NCBI GenBank assembly: GCA_035508975.1
Contig: DATJMC010000110.1
Span: 2,035 to 66,034, forward strand
Length of the DNA: 64,000 nucleotides
Origin: Terracidiphilus sp.
GTDB lineage: Bacteria; Acidobacteriota; Terriglobia; Terriglobales; Acidobacteriaceae
Direction: 5' to 3'
Shown: positions 50,284 to 59,881 of the stretch, piece by piece
Layout: each line of letters opens with the position of its first letter
How positions within the stretch are numbered: the first letter of the stretch is position 1
The notes under the pieces: generated by a model
The model's database searches: none
What the model was told of the DNA's origin: nothing
What the model saw: the letters and a program-made list of their open reading frames with translations, nothing else
Position numbers and translations under genes: made by a program

Positions 50284-51810
50284 ATGCCAGCATCCCTTCC
50301 CCAAACCCTGGGGGAATTGCGCACCAGCACTCATTTTGCCGAAGCCTGTCTGAAACATCGCACCGTCAAAGACGAAATGCGGCGCAACCTGATCGCGCGG
50401 CTGCGTTCGCGCCAAACGCTCTTTCCCGGCATCGTCGGCTACGACGATACGGTGGTGCCGCAGATCGTCAACGCCGTCCTGTCGAAGCAGAACTTCATCC
50501 TGCTTGGGCTGCGCGGCCAGGCCAAGAGCCGCATCCTGCGTGCCCTCACGGCGCTGCTCGACGAATGGCTGCCCTACGTGGCCGGATGCGAGATTCGCGA
50601 CAACCCCTACCTGCCGCTGTGCAAGCGCTGCCGCGACCTGATCGCCGAGCGGGGCGATGCGACCCCGATTGCGTATCTCGATCGCGACGCTCGCTACGTC
50701 GAAAAGCTTGCCACGCCCGATGTCACCGTCGCCGACCTTGTGGGCGACCTCGATCCCATCAAAGCTGCCCGCGGTTCGCAGGATCTTTCGAGCGAGCTGA
50801 CGATGCATTACGGGCTGCTGCCCCGCGCCAATCGCGGCATCTTTGCCATCAACGAGCTGCCTGACCTCGCCGGCAAAATCCAGGTTGCGCTGTTCAACAT
50901 CATGCAGGAAGGCGACGTGCAGATTAAGGGCTATCCCGTGCGCCTCGCCCTCGATGTCGCCCTGGTCTTCAGCGCCAATCCCGAGGACTATACCGCGCGC
51001 GGCAAAATCGTGACGCCGCTCAAAGACCGCATGGGCTCCGAGATTCGTACCCATTACCCCGAAACCCTCGAAGAGGGAATCGCGATCACCGCCCAGGAAG
51101 CCTGGTCGAATCGCGGCGCCGCCCCCATCGAAATTCCACAGTACATTCGCGAAGTGGTCGAGCAGGTCGCCTTTTCGGCGCGCGCCGACAAGAAGGTAGA
51201 CAAGCGCAGCGGCGTCAGCCAGCGCCTGCCTATCTCCACGATGGAACTGATGATCTCGAGCGCCGAGCGCCGCGCCCTGCTCAACAACGAGCCCGTGGTG
51301 CTGCCGCGCATCAGCGATCTCTTCGCAGCGCTCCCCGGAATTACCGGCAAGCTCGAGCTCGAATACGAAGGCGAGATGCGCGGCGCTGATACGGTTGTTC
51401 GAGAGCTCATCCACAGCGCGGTCGGCAAGATCTACGACCGCTACTTTTCCGGCGCCGAAACCCAGCAGATCGAGCAGTGGTTCAACCTGGGTGGCACCGT
51501 CAAGCTCGACGACAATCAATCCACCGAGGCCGCCTTTGCCGACCTCCAGCAGATTCACGGCCTCTTCGACAAACTCGACCCGCTGGGAACGCACTCGTCC
51601 GATTCGCCCCACGCAGGGGTGGTGGCGGGCGCGGAGTTTTTCCTTGAGGGACTGGTCGCGCATCGAAAGATCAGCCGCAGCGAGGAGCGCGTCTTCAAGG
51701 CACAGGACAAAACCGGCCGCTCGCAGGAGCGGGTCGATGTGGAGCGCGAGTTTGAAGAGTGGGAACGCGGCCGCCGCAGCCGCTCGACGGGGCGCGGAGG
51801 CTATAACTGA
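50284..51810 (+). CDS. Magnesium-chelatase-like AAA+ ATPase (Rv0958-like)
   Basis: Walker A-like GLRGQAKS, RANRGIFAINELPDL, SANPEDYT, LKDR. Confidence 0.85.
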   Translation: MPASLPQTLGELRTSTHFAEACLKHRTVKDEMRRNLIARLRSRQTLFPGIVGYDDTVVPQIVNAVLSKQNFILLGLRGQAKSRILRALTALLDEWLPYVAGCEIRDNPYLPLCKRCRDLIAERGDATPIAYLDRDARYVEKLATPDVTVADLVGDLDPIKAARGSQDLSSELTMHYGLLPRANRGIFAINELPDLAGKIQVALFNIMQEGDVQIKGYPVRLALDVALVFSANPEDYTARGKIVTPLKDRMGSEIRTHYPETLEEGIAITAQEAWSNRGAAPIEIPQYIREVVEQVAFSARADKKVDKRSGVSQRLPISTMELMISSAERRALLNNEPVVLPRISDLFAALPGITGKLELEYEGEMRGADTVVRELIHSAVGKIYDRYFSGAETQQIEQWFNLGGTVKLDDNQSTEAAFADLQQIHGLFDKLDPLGTHSSDSPHAGVVAGAEFFLEGLVAHRKISRSEERVFKAQDKTGRSQERVDVEREFEEWERGRRSRSTGRGGYN

Positions 51811-51837
51811 TGCTGCTTGCAGCGTCTTGAGGCTCCC

Positions 51838-53073
51838 ATGAAGGGCGTTCGCTACACCAAGTACAACGGCGACCTGGCCAGCGAGATCGATCTCGAAGGC
51901 TTGCTCGACGCGCTCTCGGATTTTTTCCTCGACTCGGGCTTCAACGACCCTTATGGCGGCTTTCAGGAGATGGACAACTCCATGGAAGCGCTGCGGGAGG
52001 CGTTGCGCAGCATCCTTGAGTCGGGCGAGTCCTTCGACGAAGACACGCAGCGGCAGATCGACGAGATGTCGGCCCAAGGCAAGCTCGACGAACTGATCGA
52101 CAAGCTGATCCAGCGCATGGAGCAGGAGAGCTATATCTCTTCGTCCGAGCGGATGGACCCCAATCAAACCTCGCCAGGCGGCGGCCACATCGGCGACGTC
52201 GAAGGCGAAGTGCGCTTCGAAGTCACCGACAAGAGCCTCGACTTTCTCGGCTTCAAAACGCTGCGCGACCTGCTCGGCTCGCTCGGCAAATCGAGCTTCG
52301 GCCGCCACGACACGCGCCACTGGGCCACAGGCATCGAGGCCAGCGGAGCGCCGCGCCGCTACGAATTCGGCGACACGCTCAACCTTGACACCAACACCAC
52401 GCTCAGCTCGGCGATCGCGCGCGAAGGCATCGGGCTGCCGCTGAATCTTGAGTACGACGACCTGCACGTGCATCAGTGCGAGTATCAGAGCTCCTGCGCC
52501 ACCGTGGTGATGCTCGACTGCTCCCACTCGATGATCCTCTACGGCGAAGACCGCTTCACGCCCGCGAAGAAGGTCGCCATGGCGCTCTCGCACCTCATCC
52601 GCACCCAGTATCCCGGCGACTCGCTCTCTCTGGTACTCTTCCACGACTCGGCCGAAGAACTGCCCGTGTCGCAGCTCGCGCGCGTCAAGGTCGGACCCTA
52701 TTACACCAACACGCGCGAAGGCCTGCGCGTGGCCCAGCGCATCCTTGCCCGCCAGCGCAAAGACATGAAGCAGATCGTGATGATTACCGACGGAAAGCCT
52801 TCGGCGCTCACAATGCCCGACGGCCGCATCTATAAAAACGCCTACGGCCTCGACCCGCTCGTCGTCAGCGAGACGCTCGAAGAGGTCGCGCGCTGCAAGC
52901 GCTCCAACATCCTGATCAACACCTTCATGCTGACCAACGAATATTCCCTCGTCCAGTTTGTGCACAAGGTCAGCGAGATGTGCCGCGGCAAAGCCTACTT
53001 CACGACGCCCCAGAACCTCGGCGAATACCTGCTCATGGACTACATGCAGCGCAAGTCGAGGATGATTCATTAG
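51838..53073 (+). CDS. VWA domain protein, partner of the AAA+ ATPase
   Basis: MIDAS motif DCSHS, TN, ITDG. Confidence 0.85.
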   Translation: MKGVRYTKYNGDLASEIDLEGLLDALSDFFLDSGFNDPYGGFQEMDNSMEALREALRSILESGESFDEDTQRQIDEMSAQGKLDELIDKLIQRMEQESYISSSERMDPNQTSPGGGHIGDVEGEVRFEVTDKSLDFLGFKTLRDLLGSLGKSSFGRHDTRHWATGIEASGAPRRYEFGDTLNLDTNTTLSSAIAREGIGLPLNLEYDDLHVHQCEYQSSCATVVMLDCSHSMILYGEDRFTPAKKVAMALSHLIRTQYPGDSLSLVLFHDSAEELPVSQLARVKVGPYYTNTREGLRVAQRILARQRKDMKQIVMITDGKPSALTMPDGRIYKNAYGLDPLVVSETLEEVARCKRSNILINTFMLTNEYSLVQFVHKVSEMCRGKAYFTTPQNLGEYLLMDYMQRKSRMIH

Positions 53074-53165
53074 GGCAGGAACGCTGCCTTCGTCGCGCCG
53101 GATGCCCTTCAGCTCTGAGCTATCCACTTCCAATCTGGTCGAGCTCGGGAAGGAACGGGCCAATT

Positions 53166-53181
53166 TGTGACGCCCGTCACG
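53166..53181. promoter_or_regulatory. CRP/FNR-family-like box
   Basis: TGTGA-cgcccg-TCACG, 9/10 match to TGTGA-N6-TCACA. Confidence 0.5.
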
Positions 53182-53210
53182 AACCAGAGGGGGCCTCGTT
53201 TCAAAAACCT

Positions 53211-53237
53211 GAAAGGCGCAGCCGAACCTGCCGATAG
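53211..53237 (+). promoter_or_regulatory. Candidate sigma28 promoter
   Basis: GAAAG-N14-GCCGATAG, same spacing as the che promoter. Confidence 0.45.
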
Positions 53238-53278
53238 GGTCTCTTGATTGTCTCTGCACAGGCGACAACCGAAAGATT

Positions 53279-54178
53279 GTGACCACACGACGACAATTCG
53301 CGACGACCCTGGCTGCCTTAACTGCGGGTGCCATCGTCGGCGGCCGCAGCCGGGCCTATGCGGAGGGTCCCTTGCGTATGGCCTTCAGCATCGATTCGCT
53401 GGCGGGCGTGAACGTGAACGATGCCCGCGCCGCATACAAGGTGTGGGAGTCTGAGGTCATTGAAAAATTCGGGCTGAAGAACATGGAGTTCTACTCCGAC
53501 ATTTTTTATCCCTCGGCGCAAATCCTGCAGATGATCCGGTCCAGGCAGATCGAGTGTTTCACGCTCACTACGCTGGAATACGCCAGCATCCTCAATTTCG
53601 CTAATCCAGAGGAGATGGTGCTGGTTTCAGAGGTTGCCAACGGGGTCGACTACCTTCTACTCGTCCACCAGGACAGCCGCTTTCATACGATTGAAGACCT
53701 GAAGTCCGCAAAGTTGCTGATGCATCATCACCGCGACACCACTCTCCTGAAAACATGGCTCAACGTAAAGCTGGCCGAGATGGGGCAACGCGGGATCGAT
53801 CAATTTTTTGCCTCCGCGGAGATGCGGGACAAGCTGAATGAAGTCATCCTCCCGGTTTTCTTTCGCAACGCCGACGCGGGAGCTATTTCGCGGCGAGTCT
53901 TCGATATCGCTGTCGAACTGAACCCCCAGCTTGGTCGGCAACTGCGCATCGTGGCCACGTCGCCCAAAGTCATTCCGGTTGGAATCTGGTTCCTGAAAGA
54001 CTGCGATCCCGAAACCATGCGCGAGGTGATGAATGTCGTGACGAAATTCGGCAGCATCCCCGCGGGAAGGCAGATCCTCGCGCTCTACCAGTCGTCCCGG
54101 CTGGTGCAGTGCCCATGTTCGGTCATGTCCGATTCGCTGAAACTGGTGCGCCAGAGCGAGCGGCTTCACCAGGCGTGA
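53279..54178 (+). CDS. Orphan PhnD/SsuA-like periplasmic binding protein with Tat signal
   Basis: TRRQFA Tat motif, LLLVHQDSRFHTIEDLK, ILPVFFRNADA, ELNPQLGRQLRIVATSP. Confidence 0.75.
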   Translation: MTTRRQFATTLAALTAGAIVGGRSRAYAEGPLRMAFSIDSLAGVNVNDARAAYKVWESEVIEKFGLKNMEFYSDIFYPSAQILQMIRSRQIECFTLTTLEYASILNFANPEEMVLVSEVANGVDYLLLVHQDSRFHTIEDLKSAKLLMHHHRDTTLLKTWLNVKLAEMGQRGIDQFFASAEMRDKLNEVILPVFFRNADAGAISRRVFDIAVELNPQLGRQLRIVATSPKVIPVGIWFLKDCDPETMREVMNVVTKFGSIPAGRQILALYQSSRLVQCPCSVMSDSLKLVRQSERLHQA

Positions 54179-54211
54179 GGCGACTTCCAGATCTTCGCGG
54201 GGTTCTCTGCC

Positions 54212-55591
54212 TTACACGTGCTGCACCGCCTGGGCCAAATGGCTCAGGCTGGACTTGGCGTCGCCATACAACATCGACGTGCACGTCTTGAAAAACAGCG
54301 GGTTCTCGAGGCCCGAGAAGCCGCGCCCTTGTCCGCGCTTGAGCACGATCACGCTCTTGGCGCGGTCGACTTCGAGAATCGGCATTCCCGCGATCAGCGA
54401 CTTGGGATTATCGCGCGCATCGGGATTCACCACATCGTTGGCGCCGATGACGACGGCGACATCCGTCGAAGGAAACTCCGGGTTGATCTGCTCCATTTCA
54501 TACAGCGAGGAATAGGGAACGTTGGCTTCGGCGAGCAGCACGTTCATGTGGCCCGGCATGCGTCCCGCGACGGGATGAATCGCGTACTTGACCGTGACGC
54601 CGCGGCCTTCGAGAAGTTCGGCGAGCTCGCGGACGGCGTGCTGTGCCTGGGCGGTGGCGAGTCCGTAGCCGGGAACAAAGACAACCCGGCTGGCGAAGGC
54701 AAGCTGCATGGCCGCGTCGTCGAGGGTGATCTCGCGCATCACCCCGCCGGTTTGTGCCGCCGACTCAGCAACCACAGCGCCGAAGCCGCCAAACAAGACA
54801 TTCGTGATCGACCGGTTCATGGCCTTGCACATCAGCACCGAGAGGATGAACCCCGAGAAGCCATCGAGGGTGCCGGCAATAATCAGCACGTTGTTGCCGA
54901 GCACGAAGCCGGTCGCCGCCGAAGCCAGGCCCGCGTAGGAATTCAACAACGACATCACCACCGGCATGTCAGCCGAGCCGATGGGGATGACGAGGAGCAC
55001 GCCGAAGACAAAGGCCACGCCGAGCATGGAGTAGAAAACCGTCGACGCATCCGGGTGCATCCAGAAGAAGGCCGCGCAGCCCACCATCACGAGGAAGGTG
55101 CCGAGGTTGACGATGTTCTGACCGCGGAACTGGACCGGCTTGCCGTAGATGATGCCCTGCAGCTTGCCGGCGGCGATCAGCGAGCCGGTCGTAGTGAGTG
55201 AGCCGAGCATGATCTCGAAGCCAAGGGCGCCGCGGGTGACCGCGCTCATCTCCTGGCCATGGACGACGAATTCGCCAATCCCCACCAGCGCGGCGGCGAG
55301 CGCGCCGAAGGCGTGCGAGAGCGCAGTTCGCTGCGGCATGGCGGTCATGGGCACCCAGATGGCCATCCATGCGCCCAGGATGGAACCAACCGCGAGACCT
55401 GCGATGATCCACACCCAGGTAACGATGTGCGCGCCAATGAGCGTGCCGACGATGGCCGCGAACATGCCGCCCTCGGCCAGAAACATGCCGCGGCGCGCGG
55501 TCTCGGGATGCGACATGCCCTTGAGCGCGAAGATGAAAAGGATGGAAGCGACGAGGTACGTGGCTTCCATGAAGTAGGAGGTGAGCGTCAC
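54212..55591 (-). CDS. pntB: NAD(P) transhydrogenase beta subunit
   Basis: ADMPVVMSLLNSYAG, PGYG, IHPVAGRMPGHMNVLLAEA, GANDVVNP. Confidence 0.96.
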   Translation of the reverse strand: MTLTSYFMEATYLVASILFIFALKGMSHPETARRGMFLAEGGMFAAIVGTLIGAHIVTWVWIIAGLAVGSILGAWMAIWVPMTAMPQRTALSHAFGALAAALVGIGEFVVHGQEMSAVTRGALGFEIMLGSLTTTGSLIAAGKLQGIIYGKPVQFRGQNIVNLGTFLVMVGCAAFFWMHPDASTVFYSMLGVAFVFGVLLVIPIGSADMPVVMSLLNSYAGLASAATGFVLGNNVLIIAGTLDGFSGFILSVLMCKAMNRSITNVLFGGFGAVVAESAAQTGGVMREITLDDAAMQLAFASRVVFVPGYGLATAQAQHAVRELAELLEGRGVTVKYAIHPVAGRMPGHMNVLLAEANVPYSSLYEMEQINPEFPSTDVAVVIGANDVVNPDARDNPKSLIAGMPILEVDRAKSVIVLKRGQGRGFSGLENPLFFKTCTSMLYGDAKSSLSHLAQAVQHV

Positions 55592-55899
55592 TTGGCTTCC
55601 TCCTTCTTCGCGGTGCGGCTCTTGAACATCTTCAGCATGCGGTCGGTGAGGCCGAAGCCCCCGACCACGTTAATGGTTGCAGTGGTGACGGCGACGAAAC
55701 CCAGAATGTGTGCGGGCAGCGGGTAGCCCTTGGCGCCGGCCAGGACCAGCGATCCGATGAGCGAGATCCCGGAGATGGCGTTGGTGGCCGACATCAGCGG
55801 CGTGTGCAGCAGGGGAGGCACACGGCTGATCACCTGGTAGCCGAGAAATGCCGCGAGTGCGAATACGTAGACCGAAGCGATAAGAACTGCTGGAATCAT
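55588..55899 (-). CDS. pntAb: NAD(P) transhydrogenase alpha-2 (membrane) subunit
   Basis: LHTPLMSATNAISG, NVVGGF..TDRMLKMF. Confidence 0.94.
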   Translation of the reverse strand: MIPAVLIASVYVFALAAFLGYQVISRVPPLLHTPLMSATNAISGISLIGSLVLAGAKGYPLPAHILGFVAVTTATINVVGGFGLTDRMLKMFKSRTAKKEEAK

Positions 55900-55952
55900 T
55901 GCCTGCCTTCCAGGGGTGCGGAATTAGCGGCGCGTTGCGCCGGTTCGCGGTG

Positions 55953-57104
55953 CTAGCTCACCGGTTGAGGTACCTCGAGCAGCCTGGCGACCCGCGGATT
56001 CACCGGCTTGCCCTCGTGCGCCACGCAGGCTCCGGCCAGGACCTCGTCCTGGAGATCGACCAGCAGCTCGCCTTTTTTAACGAGCAGGCCAAGAAGGTTG
56101 ACGATGTTGCGCGCGTAGAGCTTGCTTGCGTCGACAGCCACAGTGGCGGGCAGGTTGAGCGGGGCCATCAGGGTCACGCCGCCGATCACTTGTGTCATGC
56201 CGGGCCTCGTCAGCTCGCAGTTGCCGCCCGCCGACGCTGCCAGGTCGACAAGAACGGAGCCCGTCGGCATGGCTTCGACGGCGGCGCGGCGGACCAGACG
56301 CGGCGCGGGCCGTCCGGGAACCTGCGCGGTGGTGACAATCACGTCGGAGTGCGCGGCGGTGCGCGTGATGAGGTCGCGGCCGCGGTCAAGGGCTTCTTCG
56401 GTAAGTTCGGCTGCGTAGCCTCCGCCGCCTTCGGTGTTGATGCCGCCGAGATCGACGTCGAGAAACTTTGCGCCGAGAGAACGCACCTGTTCACCGGCTG
56501 CGGCGCGCACGTCGTAGGCTTCAACCACGGCGCCCAACCGGCGTGCGGTGGCGATAGCCTGCAGACCGGCAACACCAGCTCCAATAACGAAGACCCGTGC
56601 CGGCGGAACCGTGCCCGCCGCGGTCATCATGAGCGGAAACATCCGCGGTAGCAGGGCCGCCGCGTCGACGACAGCCTTGTAACCGGCGACGGTGGCCATC
56701 GACGAGAGCGCGTCCATCGATTGAGCGCGGCTGATGCGCGGCACCAGCTCCATGCTGAAGAGCGTTGCAGGGCGCGCGATAGCTGCGGCCAGATCGCCCG
56801 GGGCGTCCAGAGGCTTCAGGAAGCCCAAAACGATGGCGCCTGGTTTGAGTCGCGCCTGCTCTGAAGCCGCCGGCGCGTTGACTACCGGAAGAATGTCGCA
56901 GTTGGCGAGGATTGCAGCGCGGTCGGCGGTAACGGTCGCGCCTGCATCTCGGTAATTGGCATCGCTTGCCCCGGCCGCCGTGCCTGCGCCGCTCTCGACC
57001 CGCACGTCCACCCCTTGGATCGCCTTGAGACTCTCGGGCAGCAAAGCCACACGAGTTTCGCCGGCAGTTGCTTCTTTCAGGATGCCCAAAAGCAATTTGG
57101 CCAA
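55953..57104 (-). CDS. pntAa: NAD(P) transhydrogenase alpha-1 subunit
   Basis: PRISRAQSMDALSS, GAGVAG, GGGYA, GGNCE. TTG start after a GAGGAGG SD. Confidence 0.94.
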   Translation of the reverse strand: MAKLLLGILKEATAGETRVALLPESLKAIQGVDVRVESGAGTAAGASDANYRDAGATVTADRAAILANCDILPVVNAPAASEQARLKPGAIVLGFLKPLDAPGDLAAAIARPATLFSMELVPRISRAQSMDALSSMATVAGYKAVVDAAALLPRMFPLMMTAAGTVPPARVFVIGAGVAGLQAIATARRLGAVVEAYDVRAAAGEQVRSLGAKFLDVDLGGINTEGGGGYAAELTEEALDRGRDLITRTAAHSDVIVTTAQVPGRPAPRLVRRAAVEAMPTGSVLVDLAASAGGNCELTRPGMTQVIGGVTLMAPLNLPATVAVDASKLYARNIVNLLGLLVKKGELLVDLQDEVLAGACVAHEGKPVNPRVARLLEVPQPVS

Positions 57105-57404
57105 GCTGTCCTCCTCGCAAACATGCCGCACCCACGGGCGTGGGGATTTCTGCGATCTGTCTTCAGAGATTGCCCAGAGTATATCTGCCGGTAAATGGGG
57201 TTGGGTGTGATCTTCCGCACTTATTCCGCGCGGAATTGACGCAACAACCGCGCCGCACAGGACCGCGACCGGCGACAAGGCTCGCGAATTCCCTTGACAC
57301 CCGGCGTCGCCGGCAAGCATGGTGAAGGCCTGACTTAGAGGCTCCAAAGCGTCGCAGCCTCTTGCGTTCTTAGCAAGTGACTCACTTCGCGAGGTTGCGC
57401 GGCG

Positions 57405-58880
57405 ATGGCAGGCTCTTCGATGTCCCCTGGTCCTCAGCAGCAGCCGGTGAGTCTCGCCAAGGTGATCTTCGCGGCTTCGACCGGGACGCTGATCGAGTGG
57501 TACGACTTCTTCATCTTCGGCTCGCTCACCACAATCCTTGCCGTCAAGTTTTACCCGCCGGACAACCAGACCTTCGCCCTGGTCGCGTATCTGGCGACGT
57601 TCGCCGTCGGGTTCCTGGTGCGGCCGTTTGGAGCGCTGGTGTTTGGCCGCATCGGCGATTTTCTTGGGCGGCGCATCGCCTTCATCGTCACGCTGACCAT
57701 CATGGGATTCGCGACCGCCTCCATCGGGCTGCTGCCGACCTACAAAACCGCGGGTTGGTTTTCACCAGTGATTCTGATTGTGATTCGCGTGCTGCAAGGC
57801 CTGGCCCTGGGTGGGGAATACGGAGGCGCCGCGGTCTTTGTTGCCGAGCATGTCGCCGACCGCCGGCGCGGGTTCTACACCAGCTTCATCCAGCTCACCG
57901 CGAGCCTGGGCTTCGTGCTGTCGCTGGGGGCAATTCTCGCCACGCAGCAGAGTATGCCTCCCGCGGCCTTTGAAGCATGGGGCTGGCGGCTGCCTTTCCT
58001 GTTGTCGATCGTGCTGGTTGCCATCTCGCTCTATGTGCGCGTGCGCATGAAGGAGTCGCCGATCTTCCAGCACTTGAAGGCGAACGGCATGCGTTCAACC
58101 AAGCCGCTGACCGAGGCCTTTGCCAACCGGGCCAACCTCAAGCAGGTGCTCGTCTCCCTCTTTGGCGCAACGGCCGGCCAGGGAGTCATCTGGTATACGG
58201 GCTCGTTCTACGCGCTCTTCTACCTGCAGACAGTGCTCAAGCTCGATACCCACTCCGCGCACATCGTCGTTGCCATCGCGACGCTCCTGGCAATTCCGTT
58301 TTATGCGGTCTTTGGAGCGCTGTCGGATCGCGTGGGACGCAAAAAGCTGATGATGGGTGCGATGGTGCTCGGCGCGGTCTTCTACGTGCCGATCTACCAC
58401 GGGATGCAGGCCGCCGCAGGCAACAACGTGGTCACCGTGAGTTCGGGAAAGGATCGGGTGACGGGAGCGATCCGCCTGACGCCGGAGACGGTGGATGCAA
58501 ACGGCAAGCTGGTTCCGGCGGCGGACGCGGCGAATGCAAACCTGGCGGCGCTGGTCTTTTATGTATGGATCCAGGTGGTGCTGGGTTGCCTGGTCTATGG
58601 TCCCATCGCCGCGTATCTCGTCGAGGCATTTCCCGCCAGGGTGCGCTACACGTCGCTGTCGCTGCCCTATCACCTCGGCAACGGCGTCTTCGGCGGGCTG
58701 CTGCCCCTTACCGGGCTCAGCCTCTGCGCCTCGACGGGGAATATCTACGCGGGCCTCTACTATCCCATCGCGGTGTGCGCATTCTGTTTTGTGTGCGGGG
58801 CGTGGTATCTGCGCGAGACCCACGGCACACTGATCTGGAGCGAAGTGGGTGTAGCGGAGGCGTCGACTGAGGTGGCGTGA
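57405..58880 (+). CDS. MFS metabolite:H+ symporter (MHS family)
   Basis: GTLIEWYDF, RPFGALVFGRIGD, LALGGEYGGA, WGWRLPF, ESP. Confidence 0.9.
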   Translation: MAGSSMSPGPQQQPVSLAKVIFAASTGTLIEWYDFFIFGSLTTILAVKFYPPDNQTFALVAYLATFAVGFLVRPFGALVFGRIGDFLGRRIAFIVTLTIMGFATASIGLLPTYKTAGWFSPVILIVIRVLQGLALGGEYGGAAVFVAEHVADRRRGFYTSFIQLTASLGFVLSLGAILATQQSMPPAAFEAWGWRLPFLLSIVLVAISLYVRVRMKESPIFQHLKANGMRSTKPLTEAFANRANLKQVLVSLFGATAGQGVIWYTGSFYALFYLQTVLKLDTHSAHIVVAIATLLAIPFYAVFGALSDRVGRKKLMMGAMVLGAVFYVPIYHGMQAAAGNNVVTVSSGKDRVTGAIRLTPETVDANGKLVPAADAANANLAALVFYVWIQVVLGCLVYGPIAAYLVEAFPARVRYTSLSLPYHLGNGVFGGLLPLTGLSLCASTGNIYAGLYYPIAVCAFCFVCGAWYLRETHGTLIWSEVGVAEASTEVA

Positions 58881-59009
58881 GCGCGCGGGATTTGTTGTGG
58901 CAGGCCTGGCCTGAGACTTTCGGGCGCTGGTCAAGTTTGGGAACTTGACCGCTGCCAACTCCGCCGCCCCGAGCAACCCATCCCCTCGCTGCGCCATAAT
59001 TGAAGATGA

Positions 59010-59810
59010 GTGCCTTTTACCATTTCTCACGCTGCAGCAGCATATCCCTTCCGGCGCACACGGCTCGTCCTCTCCGCGCTGATCATCGGCACGTTTGCTC
59101 CTGACCTTGAGTTCTTTGTGCGCTTTGCGCCCAAGGGCCCCTTCGGCCACACCGAGCGCGGGGTCTTCCTCTTCGCGCTGCCGGCAGCGTTCATGATGTT
59201 CTGGCTTTACGAAGAGGTGGTGAAGCAGCCGCTTGCGGCCCTGCTCCCGCTCTCGTTTCGCCGGCGGCTCTCCGCCGAGCCCTACCACATCTCGCTGGGC
59301 CGTCCCCGCCAGCTCGCGCTCGTCGTCGCCTCGCTGCTCATCGGAGTGGCAACCCACATTGTGTGGGACTCGTTTACCCACGAGCGCTCCTGGCCTTGGC
59401 ACGCCCCGCCCGTACTGCTTCACACCATGACGCTGCCCTGGCTGGGGCCTGTGCATTACTACCGCCTGCTGCAATACTTCAGCTCGGTCTTCGGGCTGCT
59501 CTTTGTGTTTTTCTGGATCTGGCAGTGGCGGCGCACGGCTCCGCTGCAGCCGAGGTGGGCGGGAAGCTCGGTCCCCGCGTCGCAGGTACGGCTGGCACGG
59601 GTCTGGGTTCCTGTCACGGCGGTTGGCCTGGCGTTTCTGCGCGCCTTCTTCGGCACAGGGCACCACGTCGAGTCGCCGCGCGGTTTCGAATACTGGACGG
59701 CCGAGTTTGTCGTTACCCTGATTTCTATCGTCTGGCTCGAATTGATGATCTGGGGGTTCACGCTCCCGCACCCCAAACTTGCTCCCGCGGCCCCCGGCTC
59801 GATAAAGTGA
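59010..59810 (+). CDS. DUF4184-like membrane protein
   Basis: MPFTISHAAA, GTFAPDL, THIVWDSFTH. Confidence 0.8.
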   Translation: MPFTISHAAAAYPFRRTRLVLSALIIGTFAPDLEFFVRFAPKGPFGHTERGVFLFALPAAFMMFWLYEEVVKQPLAALLPLSFRRRLSAEPYHISLGRPRQLALVVASLLIGVATHIVWDSFTHERSWPWHAPPVLLHTMTLPWLGPVHYYRLLQYFSSVFGLLFVFFWIWQWRRTAPLQPRWAGSSVPASQVRLARVWVPVTAVGLAFLRAFFGTGHHVESPRGFEYWTAEFVVTLISIVWLELMIWGFTLPHPKLAPAAPGSIK

Positions 59811-59881
59811 CAGCCACGCCGGCTTCGTGCGTCGCCACCCCTGCCCGCGCCCGCTCGCGGCTGTTTCTCTAAAGGAACTCC

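Noticed and set aside
50242-53334. 1030-aa antisense ORF
   Set aside because: Shadow of the AAA+/VWA genes, with no recognisable domain. The long antisense ORFs over glnS, ftsH, the PBP gene and acs are rejected for the same reason.
57104-57347. Upstream extension of PntAa in the ORF track
   Set aside because: The strong SD and family homology indicate the TTG start at 57104.
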